Positions 27,159 through 38,126 are shown, counted from the stretch's first letter. The stretch is DNA of 64,000 nucleotides from Nitrososphaerota archaeon (GCA_041641295.1 JBEPYO010000001.1:1120001-1184000); one strand, 5' to 3'. Made by a program: numbers and translations. The notes: generated from the letters alone by a model not told the origin.

Positions 27159-28940
27159 ATGGGCTGGATAAGGGAGCCGATTGTCGTGGTCTTGGGGCAT
27201 GTGGACCATGGTAAAACCTCCCTCCTTGACAAGATGAGGGGTACGGTGGTCGCTAGGCGGGAGGCGGGCGGCATAACCCAGCACATAGGTGCGAGCCACT
27301 TCCCGCTGGACGCTGTGCTGGAGACTTGTAGGAGGCTGCTTGGGGAGGTAAAGGTCCAGCTAAAGGTTCCCGGCCTCCTATTCATAGACACTCCCGGGCA
27401 CCAAGTCTTCGCAAACCTGAGGAAGAGGGGAGGCTCGATAGCGGACATGGCCATCCTCGTGGTGGATGTAATGCAAGGTATCCAGGAGCAAACGGTTGAG
27501 AGCATCCAGCTCCTCAGGGCTAGGAAGACACCCTTCGTGGTCGCGCTCAACAAGATAGACATGATAACTGGGTGGAAGCCTGTCGAGGGCGCACCCTTCA
27601 AAGACGCCTTCAACAACCAGTCTCCGAGGGTCAGGGAGGCCCTAGAGACCCGCATATACAGTGTTGTGGGACAGCTCTCAAACCTCGGGTTCCAGTCAGA
27701 CCTCTACACGCGGATAACAAACTTTGCTAGGACCGTGGCTATTGTGCCTGTTAGCGCGAAGACCGGCGAGGGTGTGGCCGACCTACTGCTGGTGATTCTG
27801 GGGCTGGCCCAGGCCTACATGTCGAGGCAGCTAGAGGCAGAGGAAAAGGGTGCTGAGGGTGCCATCCTAGAGGTGGTAGAGGAGGTGGGGCTTGGAGCCA
27901 CAGCCAACGCCGTGATAAGCGACGGCATACTACGCGTGGAGGATAGGATAGCCGTGCTTGGTAGGGATGGGCCGATGGTAGTGAGGGTCAGAGCCCTTCT
28001 AATGCCTAAGCCGCTGGACGAGATGAGAGACCCGCGGGACAGGTTCAAGCATGTGGAGGAGGTCAGGGCCTCGGCAGGCGTGAAGATTGTCGGCGAGGGA
28101 CTAGACGCAGCCGTCCCCGGCTCACCACTCTACGTCGTCTCAAGCGAGGAGATGCTTGAACAGGTCTTCGCTAGGCTGCAGAGCGAGGTTGGGGAGTTCG
28201 TAGTCAGGACGGACAAGATAGGGGTGGTTGTGAAGGCAGACACCTTGGGGACGCTGGAGGCGATGGTGAACTATCTTAGGGAGAAGGGTGTCCCGATAAG
28301 GTCTGCCGACATCGGCGATGTCTCGAAGAGGGATGTGATGGAGTCCGCCGCGGTTAAGCTGAAGGACGAGTTCCTGGGCGTGATACTGGCATTCAACGTC
28401 GATGTTCCTAAGGAGCTGGAGGCGGAAGCCGCAAGCCGGGGAGTCAGGATATTCAGGGGCGAGGTCCTCTTCAGACTGGTCGACGAGTATCTACAGTGGG
28501 TTACCACGACTCGCGAGGAGAGAGCGAGGGCCAGCTTCGAGAGGCTTGTCAAGCCGGCTAAGATCAGGGTCTTGGAAGGTCTCGTGTTCAGGAGGAGTAA
28601 TCCGGCGATATTCGGCGTCGAGGTTCTCTCGGGCCAGCTCACACCCCACGTCAGCCTTATGAACTCGTCGGGCCGGGTTGTTGGAGTTGTCACACAGCTT
28701 CAGAACATGGGGCGGCCGGTGGCCGTCGCCTCTGCCGGGGAGAAGGTGGCCATCTCGATGAGGGAGCCGGTTGTTGGGAGGCACATAAAGGAGGGCGAGA
28801 CACTATACGTCGCAATCCCCGAGAGTGATGCCCGCCTCCTCTTAACCACCTTCCAAGACAGACTCAGTGAGGATGCAAAATCCGCGCTGAATGAGATAGT
28901 GGAGATTAAGAGGAAGACCAACCCCCTCTGGGCGATGTAG
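27159..28940 (+). CDS. infB: Translation initiation factor aIF5B (IF-2)
   Basis: GHVDHGKT, GGITQHIGA, DTPGH, NKID, KADTLGTLEA; ATG 27159 has GGGGAG RBS. Confidence 0.95.
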   Translation: MGWIREPIVVVLGHVDHGKTSLLDKMRGTVVARREAGGITQHIGASHFPLDAVLETCRRLLGEVKVQLKVPGLLFIDTPGHQVFANLRKRGGSIADMAILVVDVMQGIQEQTVESIQLLRARKTPFVVALNKIDMITGWKPVEGAPFKDAFNNQSPRVREALETRIYSVVGQLSNLGFQSDLYTRITNFARTVAIVPVSAKTGEGVADLLLVILGLAQAYMSRQLEAEEKGAEGAILEVVEEVGLGATANAVISDGILRVEDRIAVLGRDGPMVVRVRALLMPKPLDEMRDPRDRFKHVEEVRASAGVKIVGEGLDAAVPGSPLYVVSSEEMLEQVFARLQSEVGEFVVRTDKIGVVVKADTLGTLEAMVNYLREKGVPIRSADIGDVSKRDVMESAAVKLKDEFLGVILAFNVDVPKELEAEAASRGVRIFRGEVLFRLVDEYLQWVTTTREERARASFERLVKPAKIRVLEGLVFRRSNPAIFGVEVLSGQLTPHVSLMNSSGRVVGVVTQLQNMGRPVAVASAGEKVAISMREPVVGRHIKEGETLYVAIPESDARLLLTTFQDRLSEDAKSALNEIVEIKRKTNPLWAM

Positions 28941-28977
28941 TAAGACCCGCGGCCAAAATGTAAATAGTGGGGAAGGT

Positions 28978-29892
28978 GTGATTGGTGTTGTGGCTCGTCC
29001 ACTTCTCGGAATAGCTATACCTCACTTCGGACGCAACCTGTCTCCAGACTCCGTCTACAGCGTTGCGAGGGCAGCGGAGGAGATTGGATACGACTCGATC
29101 TGGACAACAGACCACGTAGTCATCGACACGTCCAACTACTATCCCTATGGGCGAATATACGAGAGCATTGCCGTCCTCGCGGCGATAGGCTCAGTCACCG
29201 AGCAGATAAAGATAGGGACCTCCATCATAGTCATCCCCATGAGAAATACTGTCCTAACGGCTAAGCAGCTCGCAACCATCGACTCCCTCACCGGAGGCAG
29301 GCTGATAGTGGGTCTGGGTGTAGGCTGGAACCGGCAGGAGTTCAGAAACCTCGGAGCAGATTTCAAGAGGCGCGGCAGGATTGAGGAGGAGTCGATTAAG
29401 CTGATGAGGACTCTGTGGAGCAGTGAGAGGCCTGTCTTCGTGGGAGAGTTTTATAGAGTTGAGGATGCGGTCTTTGAGCCTCTGCCGGCGCAACGAGGCG
29501 GACCACCCATCTGGCTTGGAGGCAACAGTAGGGCCGCGCTGGAGAGGGCCTTGAGGCTTGCCGATGGATGGCATGTCACAGGTATGCATCCGAGCGATTT
29601 TGGGGAGATGGTGAGGGGCGCTGCGGGTAGGGCGAAGCAAGGCTTCGTATTCTCTGCTAGGCTGACGGTCGAGCTCGGCGGTAGAGGGCCTAGGGAATAT
29701 ACCTCGCCGTTGGGGGATAGGCGTTTCATATTGGGTGGCGGCGCAGGTGAGGTTGCAGAGCAGCTATCTGAATATGTGCGGCTTGGTGCAAGTCATCTCG
29801 TCCTATATCTAGGAGACTTGCCCGCAAAAGCCTACATCGAGAATATGAGGAGGTTCATGGGCGAGGTGGCACCCTCCATCTCGGGCGGCTGA
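28978..29892 (+). CDS. LLM-class (probably F420-dependent) oxidoreductase
   Basis: AEEIGYDSIWTTDH, GGRLIVGLGVGW, PPIWLGG. Confidence 0.85.
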   Translation: MIGVVARPLLGIAIPHFGRNLSPDSVYSVARAAEEIGYDSIWTTDHVVIDTSNYYPYGRIYESIAVLAAIGSVTEQIKIGTSIIVIPMRNTVLTAKQLATIDSLTGGRLIVGLGVGWNRQEFRNLGADFKRRGRIEEESIKLMRTLWSSERPVFVGEFYRVEDAVFEPLPAQRGGPPIWLGGNSRAALERALRLADGWHVTGMHPSDFGEMVRGAAGRAKQGFVFSARLTVELGGRGPREYTSPLGDRRFILGGGAGEVAEQLSEYVRLGASHLVLYLGDLPAKAYIENMRRFMGEVAPSISGG

Positions 29893-29901
29893 GAGAAACA
29901 C

Positions 29902-30354
29902 CTATTCGAGGATGTAGGTTGGCTGCGACTTTATCACCCGAGTAGTAACCAGAACGTTTACCTCTCTCACACCTCCAACCCGCTTAACTCTGTCGATCAA
30001 GTTCTGGAGACTGGCCAAGTCCCGGGCAAAGGCCACTGCTATCAAGTCATACTCCCCGCTGAACTGGTAGATGTTTAGTATCTCGTCCCAATTCTTCAGC
30101 TCGCCTATAGCCTCCTCCCTGTGGGATGGGTCCAGCTTTATCATGAAGGCGGCCGAGACGTTAAGCCCAATCCTCCTAGGGTCAACTATCGCGACGAACC
30201 CTCTGATAACTCCTCTCTCCACTAGTCGTTTGATTCTAAACCGGACCGTATTTTCAGGCATCCCAATCTTCTCCGCTATTTCAGAGGCCGGCATCCGCGC
30301 ATCAGTCTGTAGGAGCCGTATTATTGCGCGATCCTTCTCATCCAGCTCGCTCAT
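29902..30354 (-). CDS. Lrp/AsnC family transcriptional regulator
   Basis: LDEKDRAII..LQ.DAR HTH, SGEYD. Confidence 0.9.
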   Translation of the reverse strand: MSELDEKDRAIIRLLQTDARMPASEIAEKIGMPENTVRFRIKRLVERGVIRGFVAIVDPRRIGLNVSAAFMIKLDPSHREEAIGELKNWDEILNIYQFSGEYDLIAVAFARDLASLQNLIDRVKRVGGVREVNVLVTTRVIKSQPTYILE

Positions 30355-31195
30355 GGCCTACCTGCGACTCCCATAGTCCAAGCCTCCGCTTAAGCATTTT
30401 AATGACTAGGACGCCGAAGAATATTGCTGTTGCCACGCCTGCTATTGCTCCGCCGGAGCTTATGGAGAGGTAGTATGAGAGGTAGAGGCCTATTATGGCC
30501 GAGGATACGCCGACGAGGATGGATGTACCTATCATCTGGGCCATGTTTCGGGAGATTATTTGGGCCGTGGCGCCGGGCGTTACGAGGAGGGTTATGACTA
30601 GGACTATCCCTACTGTGTTGAGGGCGCTGACGATTGCGAGCGAGAGCAGGACCATGAGGAGGTAGTGGAGGAGGGTTGTCGGTATCCCGATTACTTTGCT
30701 GAATATGGGGTCGAAGGTGTAGGCAACTATCTCCTTCAGCAGCATTCCGACGGCTATGACGACTAGGCCTCCAATTCCCGCTGATAAGAGCATGTCGTTT
30801 AGTGAGACTCCAATAGGGTTCCCGAATAGGACGTGGAAGACATCTACGGTGGGGCGCATCCAGCTCAGCAGGATTAATCCGGTGGCGAAGGCACCCGTCA
30901 TCACCACGCCTATTGCAGTGTCATTCCTGATGCGTGCCCTAGACTCTACGAGGCCTATCAGGGCCGATGAACCTACCCCGGCTATAAGCGCGCCAACGAC
31001 ATACGGTATATCGAGGGCTAGTGCTATGGCGATTCCCGGTAGGACGGAGTGTGAGATCGCGTCTCCGAGGAGCGCCCACCCCCGCAGGACTACGAAGCTG
31101 CTGAGGATGGAGCAGGTGACAGCCACGGTTATTGATGTCGCTAGGGCAACCCTCATGAACTCATACCTCATAGGCTCCGCCAGTAGCTCTAGCAT
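30338..31195 (-). CDS. Mn/Zn/Fe ABC transporter permease
   Basis: GDAISHSVLPG, LFG, FDP. Confidence 0.9.
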   Translation of the reverse strand: MLELLAEPMRYEFMRVALATSITVAVTCSILSSFVVLRGWALLGDAISHSVLPGIAIALALDIPYVVGALIAGVGSSALIGLVESRARIRNDTAIGVVMTGAFATGLILLSWMRPTVDVFHVLFGNPIGVSLNDMLLSAGIGGLVVIAVGMLLKEIVAYTFDPIFSKVIGIPTTLLHYLLMVLLSLAIVSALNTVGIVLVITLLVTPGATAQIISRNMAQMIGTSILVGVSSAIIGLYLSYYLSISSGGAIAGVATAIFFGVLVIKMLKRRLGLWESQVGHERAG

Positions 31196-31197
31196 GC

Positions 31198-31959
31198 CTA
31201 CTTCCAGCCCGCCACCTTCTCCAAGTCATCCAAGTGTAGTGCTATTGTTGAGCCGCCGTAAGTGTTTGCAAGGTTCTCAGACGTGAGCACCTCTTTGGGC
31301 GGTCCGAAGGCGATTAGCTCGTTTCTAATAAGGGCAACATAATCGAATATCTCTAGTGTCGCGCTGATGTCGTGTGTAGCCATGACTATCGTCTTTCCCT
31401 GATCCCTGAGACTCTTCAGGATCTCTAGGAGGACGGTCTCGGATGGCGCGTCTAGGCCTGCTATCGGCTCGTCAAGCAGGTAGACCTCGCCTCCTTGACA
31501 GATTGCCCGGGCTAGGAAGGCTCTCTGCTGCTGGCCGCCTGAGAGCTCGGAGATCTTCCGGGATGCGAGGTCTTCAAGCATTACCAGCTTCAGAGCTGTC
31601 TCGACGCGGCTGTCATGGCTGTCGAGCCATCTGAATAGGCCCCGCCTCTTCATGTTCCCCATGGCCACAAGCTCCCTCACAGTTAGCGGGTAGTCCCAAT
31701 AGACCTCTTCTCTCTGCGGTGTGTATGCGACTAAGCCGCGGGTCTTAGAAGGGTCTTTCCCGAGTACCCTCACCTGGCCTGATGTAGGTCTGACTAGGCC
31801 AGCAAGCATCTTGAGGATGCTTGTCTTACCAGCACCGTTCGGTCCGATCAGTGCAACCATCTTCCCAGCCTCAGACCGGAATGTAACATCGCGCAGCGCT
31901 ACAACCTCGTCATATCTCAGCGAGGCCGACTCAAGCTCTATCGAATACATCAGCACCAC
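31198..31959 (-). CDS. Mn/Zn/Fe ABC transporter ATP-binding protein
   Basis: GPNGAGKT, LSGGQQQR, DEP. Confidence 0.9.
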   Translation of the reverse strand: MVLMYSIELESASLRYDEVVALRDVTFRSEAGKMVALIGPNGAGKTSILKMLAGLVRPTSGQVRVLGKDPSKTRGLVAYTPQREEVYWDYPLTVRELVAMGNMKRRGLFRWLDSHDSRVETALKLVMLEDLASRKISELSGGQQQRAFLARAICQGGEVYLLDEPIAGLDAPSETVLLEILKSLRDQGKTIVMATHDISATLEIFDYVALIRNELIAFGPPKEVLTSENLANTYGGSTIALHLDDLEKVAGWK

Positions 31960-32903
31960 CTTGACAGCTCCCTAACAATCGTCTCGACATTATACCTCAT
32001 CATCGAGATATAGCTGTCTAGCCCCAGCTCCGCTGGGCCCAGAGAATCAGTATAGAGCTTCCCAGCAACTCTACCGTGGAGGCGTGAGGCAAAAGCCTCC
32101 ATCACCCGCGGACTCAGGGTTGACTCAACGAAGAAGACGCATAGCCCACTTCCCTCAACCCTCTTCTGTGCTCGCGCAACGTCGAGTGGAGAGGGCTCAA
32201 GCTCGGTTATCACCGAGTAAAAATATCCGACAACCTTGAATCCGTAAGCCCTGGCAAAATACTGGAAGGCGTTCTCCTGGGTGAAGAGGAGTCTCTTGGA
32301 GGGCTCGATCTTCGCAACCTCCTCTCTAATCCACGCATCAAGCCTCTTCAGCTCCTCAATGTATTTTGCGGCCCGTTCCCTATACCCCTCAGCGCCCGCT
32401 GGGTCCACCTCGATGAATGCATCCCTAATCCTCTCCACATACCGTATGGCAAGTCCGACATCCATCCACATGTGGGGGTCTACCCTCCCGGCATAGGGGC
32501 CGTCAGGCACTATCAGCGCATACTCCTCAAGCCCCTCAGTCACCCTCACAACCTTAGACCTCGAAGAAGCCGTGATGAGTCTCAGAATCCACGCATCGAT
32601 CGTGAAGCCATTGTAGAGTATGAGGTCTGCCTCAGCACCCTTAACCATGTCCCGGGGCGTGGGCTCAAAAGTGTGAGGGTCCCTGCCGGGCATGACCATG
32701 TACTCTACCCGCCACCCCGGTCCCGCCACATTCCTAGCCATATCCCAGATTATCGTGGTAGTCGCGAGGGCGACACGCTCACCACCTCTTGTCTCGCCGC
32801 CTGCCCCCGCGTAGGGTGGGATAAGTGGGGTCAATATGATTAGAATAGCGGCTAGATACACCAGCATGTAGCTGCCTTTAGTCATTATAATCGCACCCCT
32901 CAC
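31950..32903 (-). CDS. TroA-like metal-binding solute-binding protein
   Basis: DPHTFEP, DPHMW, E-N-AF, TDSL ligands. Confidence 0.9.
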   Translation of the reverse strand: MRGAIIMTKGSYMLVYLAAILIILTPLIPPYAGAGGETRGGERVALATTTIIWDMARNVAGPGWRVEYMVMPGRDPHTFEPTPRDMVKGAEADLILYNGFTIDAWILRLITASSRSKVVRVTEGLEEYALIVPDGPYAGRVDPHMWMDVGLAIRYVERIRDAFIEVDPAGAEGYRERAAKYIEELKRLDAWIREEVAKIEPSKRLLFTQENAFQYFARAYGFKVVGYFYSVITELEPSPLDVARAQKRVEGSGLCVFFVESTLSPRVMEAFASRLHGRVAGKLYTDSLGPAELGLDSYISMMRYNVETIVRELSRWC

Positions 32904-33071
32904 AAATACGCCGATTCAACTACTGCTAAACACCAGATAGACATAGCCCTTAATTAACCTAGACCAGCTAATAAGTAGCTCCAGTTCAGCCCTTCACGGG
33001 GTTAAACATCTACAAGAATCGTTTATGATAGACCACGTTTAAGAGCTCGATACTCCAGTATAGAGAATCAG

Positions 33072-34127
33072 ATGAGCAAAATATCAGAGGGTCCTGTAAA
33101 GGGGCTTCACCACATAACACTCGTCACAAGCAGTGAGAGGGTTAACAGGCGTTTCTACACAGAGGTGATGGGGCTTAGGCGCGTCAAGCTGTCCGTGAAT
33201 CAGGACGACATCTTCCACAGGCACCTGTTCTATGGCGACGAGAATGGCACTAGCGGCTCGGTGATAACCTTTTTTGAGTGGCCGCACCTCCCAAGCGGAC
33301 AAGTAGGACTCGGCTCCCCCCACCACCTGGCATACGGTGTCAAGAACTTGGAGGCACTTCACAAATGGGCTACGTGGCTCAGGATGAATGGCCTGCGGGT
33401 AAGCGGACCACACAGGGTGGGCGATAGGGCCTCAATATACTTCAGGGACCCTGATGGATTTCTGCTCGAGCTCGCAACAAGTATTGACGGAGACATCGAC
33501 GAAGTGGCCCTAAGGGAGATGTTCTCAGAGGAGGTTGAGGTTGAAGGGATAACACAGGACATGCGCCTCTCCGTGATGGATCACGCATCACCACTAGCCA
33601 CCAACCCAGCCCTACTCGAGCAGTTCCTCTCCAAGACCCTGGGGCTCAAGAGATTAGCCAAGAGGGAGAACCCCCACGACAGCCAAGCCGTGATCCTGGG
33701 ATTCGGCTCCGAAGACCACGACTTCCTCAGATACATTCTGAAGCCATCCATCCGTGTAGGCTTCGTAGGCACAGGCAGCATACACCACATCGCCGTCAAG
33801 GTTGAAAGCGACGAGGATCAGAAGAAGATAATGAAGACCCTCGACTCAATAGGCATTAGACACTCTGGGATAATCGACAGGTTCTGGTTCAAGTCCCTCT
33901 ACTTCAGAGACCCGTTCGGAAACCTCTTAGAAGTTGCCACGGCGGGGCCGGGCTACGCCGTAGACGAGCCACCAGAGGCTCTAGGCACTAGACTAATCCT
34001 TCCCCCTTGGCTCGAGCCCGAGAGGAAGAGGATAGAGGAGGCCCTCAGACTCCTAGATGAGCAGTTCCCAGCAAAGTGGCCGCCAATATATAGACCGGCG
34101 CCCGAGAAGCCTGAGAAGGTGGAGTAA
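33072..34127 (+). CDS. VOC-family ring-cleaving dioxygenase (MhqO/PcpA-like)
   Basis: GLHHIT, VKLSVNQDD, HLFYGD, IHHIA, DRFWFKSLYFR, EVAT.GPG. Confidence 0.85.
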   Translation: MSKISEGPVKGLHHITLVTSSERVNRRFYTEVMGLRRVKLSVNQDDIFHRHLFYGDENGTSGSVITFFEWPHLPSGQVGLGSPHHLAYGVKNLEALHKWATWLRMNGLRVSGPHRVGDRASIYFRDPDGFLLELATSIDGDIDEVALREMFSEEVEVEGITQDMRLSVMDHASPLATNPALLEQFLSKTLGLKRLAKRENPHDSQAVILGFGSEDHDFLRYILKPSIRVGFVGTGSIHHIAVKVESDEDQKKIMKTLDSIGIRHSGIIDRFWFKSLYFRDPFGNLLEVATAGPGYAVDEPPEALGTRLILPPWLEPERKRIEEALRLLDEQFPAKWPPIYRPAPEKPEKVE

Positions 34128-34190
34128 CACAACTCACCCGTGTTATGACTCGAAAGTATTTTATACCTAAATTAGGATTTTTCTAAAAAT

Positions 34191-35397
34191 GTGAAGATTC
34201 TACACGTTCTTCCCTTTTTTTGAGCCGGCAGGAGGACCTGCAACTCATGTCTACTATCTTTCTAGAGGGTTGGCCGGAGAAGGGATAGAGTGCGTGGTCT
34301 GTGCTCGTGAGGTGGAGGGGCTGGTGGATAGTGGTGATATATGCTCTATTACGAGGGTTATAAGGTTGAAGGAGATAAACAAGCTGATTCGATGTGCACC
34401 CCCAATCAAGGAACCGGATACTCGTGAATTTGATGAAATACTAGGCAATCTATCCTACCAATTGAAAAAGATCGTTGAGAAAGAGAAAATCGACATAATC
34501 CACAGCCACGATATTAGGACAAGCCTAGTGTTGGAAAGGGTTAAGGAGGAGGTGGGGACTCCCTTCGTTGCCACCGGGCATAATACCGTAGCACCAGCGA
34601 ACATTCTCTCACAGCTCTATAGGGGAGAGGCAGTCTACAGCTATCTTGCGATGCTCTCATCGTTCCTTAAGCGGGAGAAGTATGACAAACTCATATGCGT
34701 CAGCAATTTTTCCTACGAGATGTACACCCGCTTTGGAGCCCCAAGAAGCAAAACTGTAGTGATATACAATGGCATAGACGTGGAGGAATTTAATCCATAC
34801 ATTGACGGATCTACTGTTAGGTCTAAACTAGGTGTCAGTGCAGAGACGTGCCTGATATTCACTCCAGCGCGGATTGAGTATAGGAAGGGTTTTGACACTA
34901 TTTTCGAGGCACTCCATAGACTTGCAAGCAAGGGCTATGATTTTAAACTCCTAATCTCGCCTCGTCTAGGGAGCTCGTATCATCGTCAAGCTGAGGGCGA
35001 GTTGGTAGGCCTTGCTAAAAGGCTAGGCCTTATGGACTACATAACGTCTGCCACATTTAATCAGAGGTCTATGCCGGAGGCATATGCCGCCTCAGATATT
35101 GTCTGCCTCATGGGTTATGAGAATTTTGGATACGCGGTGGCGGAAGGGATGGCTATGGGGAGGCCGGTAATAGGTGCAAAGTGGTCCGCTCTACCAGAGC
35201 TTATAGAGCATGGTAGCAACGGGTTCCTAGTTGAGCCCGGCGACCCAGACCAGCTAGCCTACTATCTCTCATTACTACTTAGGGATAGGGTGTTGAGGGA
35301 GCGGATGGGTAGCGTCGGGAGAAGGATCGCTCTAGAAAGGTTCAACCTAGCCGACAATATCAGGAGACACGTGGAGCTCTATGAAAGCCTGTTATAG
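34191..35397 (+). pseudogene. GT4 glycosyltransferase frameshifted in a T7 tract (phase-off allele or error)
   Basis: GTG 34191 gives MKILHVLPFF then TGA; removing one T of 34215-34221 joins EPAGGPATHV to the 34270-35397 ORF (KGF, ENFG...EGMAMG). Confidence 0.75.
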
Positions 35398-35468
35398 ACC
35401 TTGCGGGGTTGCTGAGCCATCCTTTGGGAGGTTTTTCACCGAGGTGGGGAAAATTTTAAATCTAAAAA

Positions 35469-36773
35469 ATGTGCCGGAGTGTGAAGAGGCTCTTGCCGAA
35501 AAACGGTTATGAACATCCTTCCACCGGTCTACACACGATTAGAATTTTACTCAGAGGAAATTTTCTAGTTATGCTTATTGGGTATTGTATCGCTGTGCCA
35601 CTAATCGGGACAACTATAGCGTATCTCCCGTTATATCTTGATGGGTTAGGAGCCACCCCGCTCGTCATAGGGCTCGCTATCGGTTTCCCAGAGTTTATCG
35701 CCTTGATACTCCGGATACCGGGGGGATACATAGGCGACGCCTACGGAAGGAAGTTTTTAACCGTTCGGATGAACTTCGTGCTGGGCCTCGTAGGAGTACT
35801 TATTGCGTTTGCACCGAGCTGGGAGGTGCTACTTCTTCTACTGGTGGTCAGGGCGATGGCTGGGTTCTATATGCCAGCCGAATATGCCCTGCTGGCTGAC
35901 TCGATACCTGAGAGGCTCAGGTCGAGTGGGTATGGATTATTCTGGACCATTGTCGGGGCCGTCGGTCTAGGCGGGCCTATACTGGGCGGCCTATTGTATG
36001 AGTCCATGGGGCTTAATGGTCTGAGAATAGGCTGGCTGATATTCGGCTCGGCCGACATGATAAAAGCAGTTTACTATCAATTCTTCTTGAGGGAAACGCT
36101 TCCAGGCCAGCCATCCAGGACAAGTGTCTGGCACATAATAGCAACAAGCTACAGGGACGCGGGACCTAGACTAGTCTCAATCCTGAGGAACAGGTCTCTA
36201 TCGGTCGTCATGGCACTTGGCATGCTTGGGATCACCATAAACGCCCTATCATCAACCTACCTCATATTATACTTCACAAGGGTCCTAGGATTCTCAGCAC
36301 TCCTATGGGGGTCAATAATCTCTGCGGCTAGAGGCATCACCCTCTTCTTACAGGCCCCTGTTGGGATACTCTCAGACAGGTTTGGGCGGCGGGCCATATT
36401 GTCTACCTCCATCGCGGCCTCTGGGGTCTCCCTAATACTACTCGGCCTCCCCTCCCTCCCCATAGAGGTTGTATCGCTCCTCACACTCACAATCTTCACC
36501 ACAAGTCTAGTACAAGGAATCCCCAAGCCTATACTTGATGCAGCACTCATAGATTGGACTCCAGAGGCCGAAAGAGCTAGGCTGATAGGCATAATACTGA
36601 CTATCTGGGGAGTTACAGCATTCCCCAGTAACTTGGTCTGGGGCTATGCGTACGGATTCTCACCACCACTAGTCTTTCAAATAGGAGGCATAGTATCTCT
36701 CGGCATACTCCCTCTACTTCTGGCAAGGTTTCAGGAGGCTAGAGTACGCTCATCTACTATGGCTATAGGGTGA
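35469..36773 (+). CDS. MFS transporter
   Basis: About 12 TM segments, GYIGDAYGRK and GILSDRFGRR motif A. Confidence 0.88.
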   Translation: MCRSVKRLLPKNGYEHPSTGLHTIRILLRGNFLVMLIGYCIAVPLIGTTIAYLPLYLDGLGATPLVIGLAIGFPEFIALILRIPGGYIGDAYGRKFLTVRMNFVLGLVGVLIAFAPSWEVLLLLLVVRAMAGFYMPAEYALLADSIPERLRSSGYGLFWTIVGAVGLGGPILGGLLYESMGLNGLRIGWLIFGSADMIKAVYYQFFLRETLPGQPSRTSVWHIIATSYRDAGPRLVSILRNRSLSVVMALGMLGITINALSSTYLILYFTRVLGFSALLWGSIISAARGITLFLQAPVGILSDRFGRRAILSTSIAASGVSLILLGLPSLPIEVVSLLTLTIFTTSLVQGIPKPILDAALIDWTPEAERARLIGIILTIWGVTAFPSNLVWGYAYGFSPPLVFQIGGIVSLGILPLLLARFQEARVRSSTMAIG

Positions 36774-36803
36774 TAGCCCCCTAGATATCTGGCACAAACC
36801 AGT

Positions 36804-37205
36804 CTAGCTGACGAGAACCGCGTTTATCTGCACAATATCGTCGCTTATCACATTACCCCTAACAGTGACCCGCTTCCTCAACCCCTTAACAGGCCTCCTA
36901 TTCCTAGGCTTCTTCCTCTTTGATGGTGGTTTTCGCCTAGCGTGGAATCCAATACCCCTAGTAAGGATTACGCGGGCGAGTCTAGCGCCGCTGACATCCG
37001 GCCTCATGGGAATGCCAGCCTTGTCAGAGCCGCCGGTAATCCTTATCTTCCCACTGCCTAGGCCCAGGGCCGAGGCGTCAATCTCGTCGCCAATCCTCTT
37101 CCCCCTCAACACGCTCATCTGTTGGGTCGTCAAGGGAATGGTCTTAGCAGTGCCATCCGCTGGGTTTGAGAGAACCAGCCTTGGTCCTGCAGCCTTCTCC
37201 GACAA
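36804..37205 (-). CDS. rps6e: 30S ribosomal protein eS6
   Basis: ITGGSDKAGIPM, GLRKRVTVRGN, QIN. Confidence 0.92.
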   Translation of the reverse strand: MSEKAAGPRLVLSNPADGTAKTIPLTTQQMSVLRGKRIGDEIDASALGLGSGKIRITGGSDKAGIPMRPDVSGARLARVILTRGIGFHARRKPPSKRKKPRNRRPVKGLRKRVTVRGNVISDDIVQINAVLVS

Positions 37206-37332
37206 AGCCTTCCCCTACCCGTTGAAGACCCTACGCTCAATTAATTAATCTGACCCCGTGGACGGGAGAGGTGGCCGAACTCGAACCAGGCCTCCACCAA
37301 GATTTATCCGTAACCCTACGCAGGATTATCCA

Positions 37333-38052
37333 ATGCGGATGGGAAGGACCGAACTCCTCTACCTGAGAGATTCATACCTCTCAGAGTTTGAGGCCGAGGT
37401 CATAGGCTTGGGCGAGGGATACGTCGTCCTTGACAGGACAGCATTCCACCCGCGCGGAGGAGGTCTAGTCTCAGACACCGGCATGCTTGTCAGAGGCTCA
37501 GAGGTCTTCCAAGTGGTTGGAGGCGAGCAGTCTGAGGAAGGTGTGAGACACATGGTGGAGAGGATTGGGCTCGAGGTTGGAGACAAGGTCCGAGGAGTCT
37601 TGGACTGGAATAGGAGATATAGGCTCATGAGGATGCACACTGCCCTCCACGTCCTTGTCGCCGTCGTAAACGCTCGGACAGGAGCCCTCATAACCGGCAA
37701 CCAAGTCGAACCAGACACCTCTAGGGTCGACTTCAGCCTAGAGAAGTTTGACAGGGGCCTGATAGAGGAGTGCGTGGCCGAGGCCAACAAGAGGCTGGCC
37801 GAGGGGCACGAGGTCCGCATAAGATTCGTGGAGCGTGAAGAGGCTCTCAAAACGCCGGGCCTCATAAAGCTAGCAGCCAAGGCGCCGCCAGATGAACCGA
37901 TACTTAGAATCGTTGAGATAGGCGAGATAGACGCGCAGCTGGACGGAGGCCCCCATGTGAAAAACACATCAGAGGTCGGCGAAATAGTGATGAAGAAGAT
38001 CGAGAACAAGGGTAAATCCAACAGAAGGCTATACTTCACCCTCAACCCCTAA
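37333..38052 (+). CDS. alaX: AlaX-M type trans-editing protein
   Basis: LDRTAFHPRGGG, MRMHTALH, DGGPHV.NT; start revised to ATG 37333. Confidence 0.85.
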   Translation: MRMGRTELLYLRDSYLSEFEAEVIGLGEGYVVLDRTAFHPRGGGLVSDTGMLVRGSEVFQVVGGEQSEEGVRHMVERIGLEVGDKVRGVLDWNRRYRLMRMHTALHVLVAVVNARTGALITGNQVEPDTSRVDFSLEKFDRGLIEECVAEANKRLAEGHEVRIRFVEREEALKTPGLIKLAAKAPPDEPILRIVEIGEIDAQLDGGPHVKNTSEVGEIVMKKIENKGKSNRRLYFTLNP

Positions 38053-38126
38053 AGAAGACCCCCCTCGTCGAAAGACCTGATAATACTGCAGGAAGACTTA
38101 ATGCCCAACACCACAAGAGAAATCCC

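Noticed and set aside
27044-27655. 203-aa antisense ORF, and many similar ORFs in the track
   Set aside because: Shadow frames of well-supported genes on the opposite strand (here infB)
37255-37299. tRNA-like minihelix ending in CCACCA upstream of alaX
   Set aside because: Short, ambiguous pairing; probably lies upstream of the alaX promoter between divergent promoters
37940-37960. DGGPH instead of CGGTH in AlaX as inactivation
   Set aside because: I recall the Asp variant in other crenarchaeal AlaX-M proteins; the rest of the motif is intact
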